Source of the DNA: Candidatus Latescibacterota bacterium
Lineage (GTDB): Bacteria; Latescibacterota; UBA2968; UBA8231
Reading direction: 5' to 3'
NCBI GenBank assembly: GCA_965208105.1
Contig: OZ242318.1
Coordinates: 2,880,001-2,944,000 of the forward strand
DNA: 64,000 nucleotides
Shown: in pieces, positions 41,179 to 49,339 of the stretch
Layout of the letters: each line of letters opens with the position of its first letter
Numbering within the stretch: position 1 is the stretch's first letter
Made by a program: the position numbers and the translations under genes
Notes under the pieces: model-generated
What the model was told of the DNA's origin: nothing
What the model saw: the letters and a program-made list of their open reading frames with translations, nothing else
The model's database searches: none

Positions 41179-41951
41179 TCTCGTAATGCCCGGCCAGTCA
41201 TAGGCACGAAGCGAACCCCCATCACCGAATGCGATTCACGCTTGCCATCCTCTGTCTTCTCCACGACCACCAGCCGCTGAACCGAGTATACGCCCCCGAT
41301 CGGAATGACGATCCGTCCACCTGGCTTCAGTTGTTTCCACAGGGGTGGAGGCAGATGGCCGGCAGCACAGGTCACGATAATAGCATCGAAGGGAGCCTCC
41401 TGGGGCCAGCCGAAGTAGCCATCACCAAACTTCGTTTCAATCCTCTCCCCTCCCTGGGTCCTGAGCACTTCGCTGGCCAGGGCGGCCAGCGGTTCGACAA
41501 TTTCAATGGTGTACACATGAGGTGTCAACTGCGCCAGCACAGCCGCCTGATAGCCCGAGCCGGTCCCGATTTCCAATACCTTGGAGCCTGGGCTGATCTT
41601 CAGCAACTCGGTCATTATGGCAACCATGTACGGCTGCGAGATAGTCTGCCCGTGGCCAATCGGCAAAGGCGTGTCATCATAGGCATTCCGCAGCAGGTCC
41701 TCTGGCACGAATGCATGCCGGGGCACTGAGCGCATCGCCCGCAACACGGCCTCGTCCGATACCGCTGCACGGCTCCAGTCCGGCCCCTCAATCTGGGTGC
41801 GGACCATGTGGTGGCGCTCCCGCACCCATCCAGAGGCGGCCGGCGCTACTGGTGCCTTCCATGCGGTCGTATCCTGCTTCAGGTCCGCCCCGGAATTCTG
41901 CCCGGATAAGAATACTGCGGCCACAAGACACCAGGAATATCTCAGCACCAA
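41175..41951 (-). CDS. pcm: Protein-L-isoaspartate O-methyltransferase
   Basis: VPRHAFV, LPIGHGQTISQP, VLEIGTGSGYQAA, GDGY.GW...APFD, RFVPM. Confidence 0.93.
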   Translation of the reverse strand: MVLRYSWCLVAAVFLSGQNSGADLKQDTTAWKAPVAPAASGWVRERHHMVRTQIEGPDWSRAAVSDEAVLRAMRSVPRHAFVPEDLLRNAYDDTPLPIGHGQTISQPYMVAIMTELLKISPGSKVLEIGTGSGYQAAVLAQLTPHVYTIEIVEPLAALASEVLRTQGGERIETKFGDGYFGWPQEAPFDAIIVTCAAGHLPPPLWKQLKPGGRIVIPIGGVYSVQRLVVVEKTEDGKRESHSVMGVRFVPMTGRALRD

Positions 41952-41962
41952 CTCCTCCCAAG

Positions 41963-43396
41963 CTATGGCGATTCACCAGAGACAGGCTGGACCAGGGGCG
42001 GCCTGTGTGCCGACCAGGGCGCCAGGTCCTCGAACGCGGCGGCTGCGCGCAGCACCGTCAAATCGTCGCGCCAGCGTCCTGCGATCTGCAACCCTACCGG
42101 GAGGCCGCTCCTGGAAAATCCACAGGGAACCGTAGCCGCCGGCTGTCCGGTGACGTTGAAGGGATAGGTAAACTTGGTCCAGCCGAGATATGTGGTGGGT
42201 TGTCCACAAATCTCGGCTGGATGGTCGTCACCGGACGAAAAAGATGTCATGGGAAGAGTTGGGGTCAAAAACAGGTCGTATTTCTGCATAAAAATTCGCC
42301 ACCCCTCGTAGTAGTCGTTTCGACCTGCATACGCGGCGGCCAATTCCGCTGCAGAATAGGCATGCCCCTCTTCGATAACCGCCACGAGACCGGGGTCGAG
42401 GAGGTCGCGAACCTCATCGAAATCGCGAAGGTGAGCCCCTGCAAACGCGGAGGACCAGACCACGCGTACAATTGAATCCCAAGGATCCTCTAGATCGGGG
42501 TGGTCCTCCTCGACCCTACAGCCAAGTTCGTCGAACCGAGCCGCCGCCGCCGCTGCGATCTGGAGCACTTCGGCGTCTACTGGAGCATAACCCAGGTCGG
42601 CAGACCAGGCTACCCGCAGATTTCCGGCCCAACTCTTCAGATCTGCGCCGAAATCAGGACTCGAGGGCAAGGAGATGCGGTCGCGCGGGTCCGCCCCTGC
42701 CATGACGTCGAGAAAAAGGGCAGCATCCCGGACCGTGCGGGCGATAGGCCCCACATGGGAAAACTGCTCCACCAGGCTGGGCGGGTACTGGGGAACGAGA
42801 CCCCAGGACGGCTTCAACCCGAAAACGCCGCAGAAGGAGGACGGAATTCGAACGGAGCCGGCACCGTCAGTTCCCTGAGCCAGAGGACCCATTCCCGCGG
42901 CCACAGCCGCGGCGGCCCCGCCACTCGACCCACCAGCAGTACATCCATGTTTCCAGGGATTGTGGGTAGGCCCTGATACGCGGTTCCCGGAGTCCCCCTT
43001 CCATCCCCGTTCAGGAGTATTGGTCTTGCCCAATAATACCATACCCGCAGCATGGAGACGCTCGACAATGGGCGCGTCAAATTCTGGTACCCAGTCCCTG
43101 GAGAGCAGGGACCCTCGCGTGGTGCGGATGCCCTTGGTCGGAGTGAGATCCTTCAGAGAGACGGGTATGCCAGCCAGTTGGGGCGGGTTCTCTGTATTTC
43201 CGTAGGTCAATTCAGCGGCGCGGGCTTGCTTGAGGGCAATTTCCGGTGTAACCGTGACAAAGGCGTTGATGTTTGGATCGATTTGGTCTATGCGGCTCAA
43301 CACCGCCTTGGTCACTTCGACCGGCGATACCTCGCGGCGCTGGTAAAGTTTCCGTAAATCCCGGGCCGAAAGATAGCATAAATCAAGCGCGTCCAT
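41963..43396 (-). CDS. Amidase signature family enzyme
   Basis: GIPVSLKD, GKTNTPE, GGSSGG, GTDGAGSVRIP, PFNVTGQP; real start about 43396 because the ORF extension runs into the IS. Confidence 0.9.
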   Translation of the reverse strand: MDALDLCYLSARDLRKLYQRREVSPVEVTKAVLSRIDQIDPNINAFVTVTPEIALKQARAAELTYGNTENPPQLAGIPVSLKDLTPTKGIRTTRGSLLSRDWVPEFDAPIVERLHAAGMVLLGKTNTPERGWKGDSGNRVSGPTHNPWKHGCTAGGSSGGAAAAVAAGMGPLAQGTDGAGSVRIPSSFCGVFGLKPSWGLVPQYPPSLVEQFSHVGPIARTVRDAALFLDVMAGADPRDRISLPSSPDFGADLKSWAGNLRVAWSADLGYAPVDAEVLQIAAAAAARFDELGCRVEEDHPDLEDPWDSIVRVVWSSAFAGAHLRDFDEVRDLLDPGLVAVIEEGHAYSAAELAAAYAGRNDYYEGWRIFMQKYDLFLTPTLPMTSFSSGDDHPAEICGQPTTYLGWTKFTYPFNVTGQPAATVPCGFSRSGLPVGLQIAGRWRDDLTVLRAAAAFEDLAPWSAHRPPLVQPVSGESP

Positions 43397-43532
43397 GTTC
43401 AAAACCGGCTCTATCCTAGACCTTATGTATTGACGGAGATATGAAAGACCTCCTCCGACTCGGTTGTCGGGGGTTATCTTTGGGAAAACGGAGTTCACCC
43501 AAAGACCTATCCCCAGCGAGAAGGAGGGGGCC

Positions 43533-44671
43533 ATGCGTAAATCTACGAAATTCGTCGCCTTGGACATAAATAAAGATTTGATAACCGTTGCGCTTAACTG
43601 CGAGGACCTCCAAGGGCCGGACCTGTATGGAACGATACCGTCTACGGGCGCCGCGTTGTCCAAGCTGGCGGGCCAACTGGCCAGCCCGGAGACGTCGTTG
43701 CGGTTTTGCTACGAGGACGTACCCTGCGGCTACGGCGTCTACCGTCAGCTCCAGACCCTGGGGCACGCCTGCACGGTGGTGGCGCCCTCGCTGATTCCGC
43801 GGCGGCCGGGCGACCGCATCAAAACCGACCGGCGCGATGCGCGGTCTCTGGTGCGGTTTTTCCAACACGGAGAGTTGACCCCCGTGTGGGTGCCCGACGA
43901 AGCGCAGGAGGCGATGCGTGACCTGGAGCGCTGCCGGGAAGACTTCAAGCACGCCGAGCGCCGCGTGCGCCAGCGGCTGAACAGCTTCTTGCAGCGCCAC
44001 GGCCGGATCTACTCCGGGCGCAGTCGCTGGACCCAAGCCCACTTTCGCTGGCTGGAGACCCAGCGCTTCGATCATCCGGCCCAGCAGATCGTCTTTCAGG
44101 AATACGTGGACGCGGTACAGGAAGCCCAAAGTCGGATCCAGGGGTTGGACCAGGCGCTGCAGCAGGCGCTGGAGGGATGGTCTTTGGAAGGGGAGACGCG
44201 GGCTATGAGGGCACTGCGCGGGGTAGACACACTCACCGCGGTTAGACCCTGGCCGAGTTGGGGGACCTCACCCGCTTCGACTCTCCGCGCCAACTGATGG
44301 CCTTCGTCGGTCTGGTCCCCAGCAAGCATTCCAGCGGCTCCCGGCAGCAGCGAGGGGCGATCACCAAGGCGGGCAACGCCCACGTGCGGCGCGTGCTGGT
44401 GGAAGCCGCCTGGTGCTATCGATTTCCCGCCCGCAAGACGGCCGCCTTGCAACGACGCGCCGAACAGACCGCACCCGCCATACAGGCCATCGCCTGGAAG
44501 GCACAGAAATGCCTGTGTGGACGCTATCGGCGGCTGAGTGGGCGAGGGATGCCGAAGAACAAAGTCTGCACCGCGATCAGGTGGGAGCTTTTGGGTTTCA
44601 TCTGGGCCATCGCCTGGAAGCAGAAACGCCCCGGCCGCCTCGTGGCCAGGAGACCTCGGATCGCCGCCTGA
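43533..44671 (+). pseudogene. IS110 DEDD recombinase/transposase, frameshifted near 44245
   Basis: LDINK, YEDVPCGYG, KTDRRDA in ORF 43464-44297; GDLTRF..PRQL.AFVGLVPS.HSSG, ITKAGN in ORF 44258-44671. Confidence 0.9.
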
Positions 44672-44719
44672 TAAGCTCATCGTCTCAGAAGCCGGCATAG
44701 GACCTTTGCTCATGTAAAT

Positions 44720-44900
44720 CGAAACGGGACAGAAGGGACCGGTCAGGAGAATCCTCGAAGACACTATGAGGCGCCTTTTCAGGCTGACCCTCGACCATAG
44801 ACTGAGGCCGCTCCGCGACGCACCCAGGACAGGCGGTAGCCAACCCGCGAATATCAGTCGGATCAACCGTCGCTACAGCGTCCCTTCTGTTGCCGAACAA
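44720..44900 (+). ncRNA. Putative bridge/seek RNA of the IS1111-type element
   Basis: Outer stem ACAGAAGGGAC/GTCCCTTCTGT; internal loop with GACACTA (target match); second loop with ATATCAG (donor match); boundaries approximate. Confidence 0.7.
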
Positions 44901-44966
44901 ACTCATGCAAAGATAACACCCGAAATGACCACCCCGGAGGGGGTTGACAACCGTCAATACATATCA

Positions 44967-45128
44967 GTGTCCCGTCGCAGAGATAGGTTGACGAAATTGG
45001 GCCGCCGAGGCGCCAGGCTCACAAGGCCCCTGAGCGAGTCGTACCAGTGGTGTACGGCGAGTGAAGGCAACGCCGTGAGCCGGGATGGATCGGCGGGAAA
45101 ATGGCGACATATTTCTGCGACGGGACAC
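44967..45128. repeat. MITE-like repeat, copy 3 (162 bp), abutting the IS right end
   Basis: Same terminal IRs; removing the IS restores CTAG-TGTCCC...GGGACA-CTAG. Confidence 0.9.
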
Positions 45129-45245
45129 TAGATCGGGGTTATGGATCGGGGCAAATGGCACCTGATAATGACCTGGCAGGGGAAGGCAAAGCCTTTCCAA
45201 TTCCTGGGCCCGACTCACCGAAGGGCCACATCCGGTCACCGGTGT

Positions 45246-45860
45246 CTAACGAACAAAGACCTCGAAATCGTAGAAGCGGTTCACCCCTTCGCATCCCGTG
45301 ATACCAGCGTACCTCGCTCGAGGAAGCGTCTCCAACCAGCATCCTGTTTCGCGGTCTCCCACCCGCATCCTCAATTCTCGGCCCTTGCGCTCTACTTCGA
45401 GCACGTGCCGCGTCTTTGGTCTCAGCTCAAACCGCGAATAGGCCGCCCTGACCCAGACCGGCCTTCCTTGCAGGTAGACATGGCGCCAGAGGTTTATCCC
45501 CTGGTCGAAGATGACAACCTCGAAGTGTTCGCGGTACTCGAGCCTCCCCTTGGGGTCGACACCCGGCTCAGCGGCCAGAACGACAAGCGGAGCCATGCGG
45601 TAGTCGAAAGAAGTGGTGACCCGCACGACCACATCCTCGGGCAATTCTTCCCGGCAGAGCATGCTGGCATAAGTTTCGGGTGCGCGCGAGCCGGTGGAAA
45701 TCAGATCCTCAGGACCGGCATCCTTCGGAACCTGGTTGCAGATATGGTCGTCTTGTTGTTCCCAAGACCCCATCCAATCCCAACGCGCACTCTTGACAAG
45801 CATCCAGTCATTCGGGTGCCAGCCTCCGGGAGCAAAGCTGCAGGCTTGGAGGATCCGCAT
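45246..45860 (-). CDS. Hypothetical protein, possibly concanavalin-like beta-sandwich
   Basis: 204-aa ORF rich in beta-strand pattern ending GITGCEGVNRFYDF. Confidence 0.55.
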   Translation of the reverse strand: MRILQACSFAPGGWHPNDWMLVKSARWDWMGSWEQQDDHICNQVPKDAGPEDLISTGSRAPETYASMLCREELPEDVVVRVTTSFDYRMAPLVVLAAEPGVDPKGRLEYREHFEVVIFDQGINLWRHVYLQGRPVWVRAAYSRFELRPKTRHVLEVERKGRELRMRVGDRETGCWLETLPRARYAGITGCEGVNRFYDFEVFVR

Positions 45861-45872
45861 TGCGCCGAAGAC

Positions 45873-46358
45873 TCAACTCTGTTTGCCCGATGAAGAATCA
45901 GGCGAGGGTGTTGGATCGGTTTTACCCCCGAGTATCCCCGGCCAGTTCTCATCCGCCTGGCGGATCATGTTATCTCGGTCTGCTTCCCACCGCGATCGTA
46001 TCTTCAAGTTGAAATTAAGGTACAGTTTTCCATCTGCGATCGACCATGCCTCCGGCCTGATTCCGGCGACGCGGCCGCGGCTTACGGCGTACGCACAATA
46101 GCCGCCGTACTGCGGTGCAAAAGACAGGGGACTTTGCACAAACCGGCTGCGGTTTTCTGCGCTCGCGAAAAACCACTTGGCACCTTTCCACTCGAACTCG
46201 AATTCGGGAGAACCTCGCACTGGTTTGGATTCTGTGAAGTAGGCCACCGGATCATAGCCATCAATGGCCAACCTGGTAGCGAATACAGGATCTATTGCCT
46301 GGGCCATTGTCACATTGAGCATGACAATGGCAACAAATGCAAGAACCATGGACCTCAT
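45873..46358 (-). CDS. Exported YHS-domain protein
   Basis: Signal peptide, AIDGYDPVAYF, FASAENR..F...P..FAPQYGGYCA, GKLYLN. Confidence 0.88.
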   Translation of the reverse strand: MRSMVLAFVAIVMLNVTMAQAIDPVFATRLAIDGYDPVAYFTESKPVRGSPEFEFEWKGAKWFFASAENRSRFVQSPLSFAPQYGGYCAYAVSRGRVAGIRPEAWSIADGKLYLNFNLKIRSRWEADRDNMIRQADENWPGILGGKTDPTPSPDSSSGKQS

Positions 46359-46528
46359 AGGGAACCCTCCAGAAGAGGAGCGCAGTGTATATTAACGCCG
46401 GGATTGTATTATTCCGGAGCAACAGGCAAAGCCCGCGGCGCATGGGACGTCACCACGCCTGATGGCCTGAAGTGACAATCCGGACTGGACATGGGCGTGC
46501 CTTTTCACGGCGACAATCCCGAACCGGC

Positions 46529-47338
46529 TCACAGGTGGACCTTCTGTCCAGCCAGGTGCTTCTTAATGGGAGCTATATCCTCGCGGCTGGACAGATCCAG
46601 CACTGGAGCAGCAAAACAAAGAGCGCGGAAACTTTGTCCTGTTTCATCTATGCAGTACTGAACCGCATCCGTGATCTCCAACTCACCCCGGGACGAGGGC
46701 GGAACGGCAGCGCACGCGGGAAAGATTTCAGGATCAAATCGCCAGCAGTTCATACTGACCCAGTTGGCTCTGGAGGAATGGTTTAAAAAATTCGGCTCAG
46801 GTTTTTCCCGGATCCGGCTCAAATAGCCATCCGGGTCGATGAGGGCAATGGCGAATTTGGCCAATCTGTCTTCCGAGATATTGCTCATTTCCACCATGCT
46901 GCCGCGGTCGAACACGGCCAGTCCAGGTCCACTCAGTTGGCGCAGAGCTTTGAGGGCTTCGACCGGATAATGGTTGTCGGAGTTGATCGCCAGGAAAGAA
47001 CATCCGTCCACGAACCTTTCTGCAGCAGCAACCGCGTCAGCCGTACCCAGGGGTTCTTCCTGAACTGCAAAATCGATTTCCAGGCGCTCCAGGGCAACCG
47101 TCCGGGAGTAGTAGCGGCGCAGTTCGTCGTGCTCCGGTCCGATGACCAGACATACGCGTCGATATCCGGAATCGGCCAGGCTGCTGAGCACGTAGTCCAG
47201 AAATGGCCGGCCTACGGGCATCAGGGCCTTGATCCCGGCAGCGGCCATCCTTTTCTCTTCCGAGCCTAAATTCAGCCCGGAATCCTCCTTGCGCATGCGC
47301 GTGCCCAATCCCCGGGCTAATATGACGGCCTTGTCCAC
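46529..47338 (-). CDS. Nucleotidyltransferase family protein
   Basis: AVILARGLGTRM, KALMPV, Q.EPLGTADAV, RGELEITDA. Confidence 0.85.
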   Translation of the reverse strand: MDKAVILARGLGTRMRKEDSGLNLGSEEKRMAAAGIKALMPVGRPFLDYVLSSLADSGYRRVCLVIGPEHDELRRYYSRTVALERLEIDFAVQEEPLGTADAVAAAERFVDGCSFLAINSDNHYPVEALKALRQLSGPGLAVFDRGSMVEMSNISEDRLAKFAIALIDPDGYLSRIREKPEPNFLNHSSRANWVSMNCWRFDPEIFPACAAVPPSSRGELEITDAVQYCIDETGQSFRALCFAAPVLDLSSREDIAPIKKHLAGQKVHL

Positions 47339-47409
47339 CTTCCTACTTTCGATAGGGAGCGGCCTTCAGATCAATGGAATCTGCAAATCGGTCTTTGGGC
47401 GCGATTGAA

Positions 47410-48099
47410 TCAATCCTGGCGATATCTCTTCGGCGAAATTCCAACCTGCCGGCGGAAGGTTTCACAGAATCGGCGCTGATTCTTGAATCCACACATTTCC
47501 GCAATCTGGTACATTGTCAGGTCGGTAGAGGTAAGCAGGTGCTTGGCTTTCTCTATCCGGTAGTAGTTCAAGCGCCGGCGAAAGGTGGTTCCCATCTGGC
47601 CCTGGAACAGACGAGACGCATATCCCACTGAGATCCGAAAATGCCTGCAGAGTTCCTTCAGGCTCAGTGAGGGTTCGCTGGCGTGTTCCCTCGCAAACAC
47701 GTCCATCCGGCTTGCCAGCACGCTCTGGGTTGGGCGACGGCGGTCCAGAAGCCGGCCAATTGCCCCTACAATCTCCGCTTCGTAAGCAGGTTTGGTTAGA
47801 AAATCCCGGGCGCCAATCTTCATCGCTCTGACGGCCAATTCGACGCTGGCATCTCCGCATAAAATCACCACATCCGTCTGCATTCGTTTCTGTCGCACCC
47901 TCTCGAGTATCTCAATACCGCCGTAGTAGGGCATCTTCACTCCCAGAATGGCTACGTCAAAAGATGATTCATATAGCAATTTCAAAGCCTTGCCACCATC
48001 GCTCGTCGTGGTTACGCGCCAACCTTTTTCTCTCAAAGTCTTGCTCAAAGAGGCACAAATTAATTCGTTTTCATCTGCCAGTAGAATTCGGGAAATCAT
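47410..48099 (-). CDS. Receiver-AraC response regulator (atypical receiver)
   Basis: ILLADEN, AMKIGARDFLTKP, C-terminal AraC HTH (IAEMCGF...F...F...GISP..YR). Confidence 0.85.
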   Translation of the reverse strand: MISRILLADENELICASLSKTLREKGWRVTTTSDGGKALKLLYESSFDVAILGVKMPYYGGIEILERVRQKRMQTDVVILCGDASVELAVRAMKIGARDFLTKPAYEAEIVGAIGRLLDRRRPTQSVLASRMDVFAREHASEPSLSLKELCRHFRISVGYASRLFQGQMGTTFRRRLNYYRIEKAKHLLTSTDLTMYQIAEMCGFKNQRRFCETFRRQVGISPKRYRQD

Positions 48100-48574
48100 G
48101 CCAAATACTCCATTCTTTAATGAATCTGAAAATATCAAATCCTGTCTTATTTCATGGACCTGGCCATTGGCTACAGACTGCAAATCCCGTACCAAATTGG
48201 CCTGAAATAAACTCCAGAAATTTCGGTCCCGATATGTCTATCTGGAGCCCTGGCAGGGTTGGCGCAGGGGGAAGCAGGACGACAATGTAAAATATGCACA
48301 CTTGAAAGTCAAGGAGAATGTTATTCCCCTCGTGCCTCTGCAAGAACGTCCGATCGCCAACAGAAAACTTCAATTTAACTATCTCATTAATATATACTTA
48401 TAAATAAAATCCGTGACGCTCAACTCCCTTGCCCTAAGCGCCCGTGATGCGTGGGCGAAGTAATTGCAAATTTGAATTTTTTACACTTCGAGCCATGGAG
48501 GTGTATGCATTGCCCTGGGTAGAAGGGGCAGGTGATAATTTGTCGATTTTTTCTTCCACACCACCAAAGAATCC

Positions 48575-49150
48575 GTGATTGTCGAAAAATTGAAGCAAGA
48601 CATAGTGTTTAAAGAAACCCTGCGCGGACACTCGATGGAATTCCACTCGACCTGGGGGCTGTTCAACCCCAGGCACGTGGACGAAGGCTCCCGCCTGCTG
48701 ATCGACCAGCTGACCGTGCGGCCCGACCACCGAAGCCTGGACATCGGTTGCGGCTACGGTCCCATAGGGTTGACCCTTGCCCGACTTTGTCCACAGGGTG
48801 AAGTCCACATGATAGACAAAGACTTCGTGGCGGTAGAGTTCGCCCGGAAAAATGCATCCATCAACCGTATTTTCAATTGCCATGTCTATCTCAGCAACGC
48901 CTTCAGCTGCGTACCCGATATCCGATTCCACAACATCGTCACCAACCTGCCAGCCAACTCAGGCAACGAGATGCTTTCAATTATCCTGCACGACGCCTGG
49001 GCTCACTTGGAGATAGGTGGCCAACTGTACGTGGTCACCATCTCCCGGCTCAAAGGGTTTATAGGACGCAATCTCAGGGTGATATTCGGCAACTACGAGA
49101 AGGTGAAGCAGGGCAGGGATCATACCGTAGCCCGGGCAGTTAAAGAATAA
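48575..49150 (+). CDS. Class I SAM methyltransferase, RsmC-like small MTase
   Basis: GLF.P..VDEGS.LL, LDIGCGYGPIG, IVTNLP. Confidence 0.85.
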   Translation: MIVEKLKQDIVFKETLRGHSMEFHSTWGLFNPRHVDEGSRLLIDQLTVRPDHRSLDIGCGYGPIGLTLARLCPQGEVHMIDKDFVAVEFARKNASINRIFNCHVYLSNAFSCVPDIRFHNIVTNLPANSGNEMLSIILHDAWAHLEIGGQLYVVTISRLKGFIGRNLRVIFGNYEKVKQGRDHTVARAVKE

Positions 49151-49339
49151 GCTTGCAGTTGACTCGATTCATATGCACTTCAATAAATTGTGCCTGGAGT
49201 AGCTGCATGCTAAATTACTTCCCTGTATTTCCCCATTGAACCCTTTCTGTCATTTGGTGGCAGGAAATAGTTGCGCTTGCAGACCCACAATCCACCAGAC
49301 TAATTCAGAATCGAATACACTGGAATTCCGTTACGCATA

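Larger units (their letters stand above)
43418..44965 (+). mobile_element. IS110-family (IS1111-type) insertion sequence, degenerate
   Basis: 13-bp sub-terminal IR TATGTATTGACGG (43424-43436) / CCGTCAATACATA (44951-44963); AG core at both junctions; long 3' non-coding region. Confidence 0.88.

Noticed and set aside
43397-43663. N-terminal 88-aa extension of the amidase ORF
   Set aside because: Reads through the IS left end; amidase homology begins at MDALDL.
44240-44260. Programmed frameshift in the IS110 transposase
   Set aside because: No slippery run was seen, IS110 transposases are single ORFs, and other motif decay indicates a pseudogene.
44723-44731. ACGGGACA in the IS non-coding region matching the MITE terminal repeat
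   Set aside because: It overlaps the outer stem ACAGAAGGGAC/GTCCCTTCTGT rather than a guide loop, so it is not counted as evidence.
20154-45128. 162-bp repeats as a CRISPR array or small-protein gene family
   Set aside because: They are dispersed, have terminal IRs, lack spacers and cas genes, and the ORF starts lie outside the repeat and differ between copies.
45873-46358. Selenoprotein form of the YHS protein
   Set aside because: The GGYC position is encoded by TGT (Cys) and there is no in-frame TGA.
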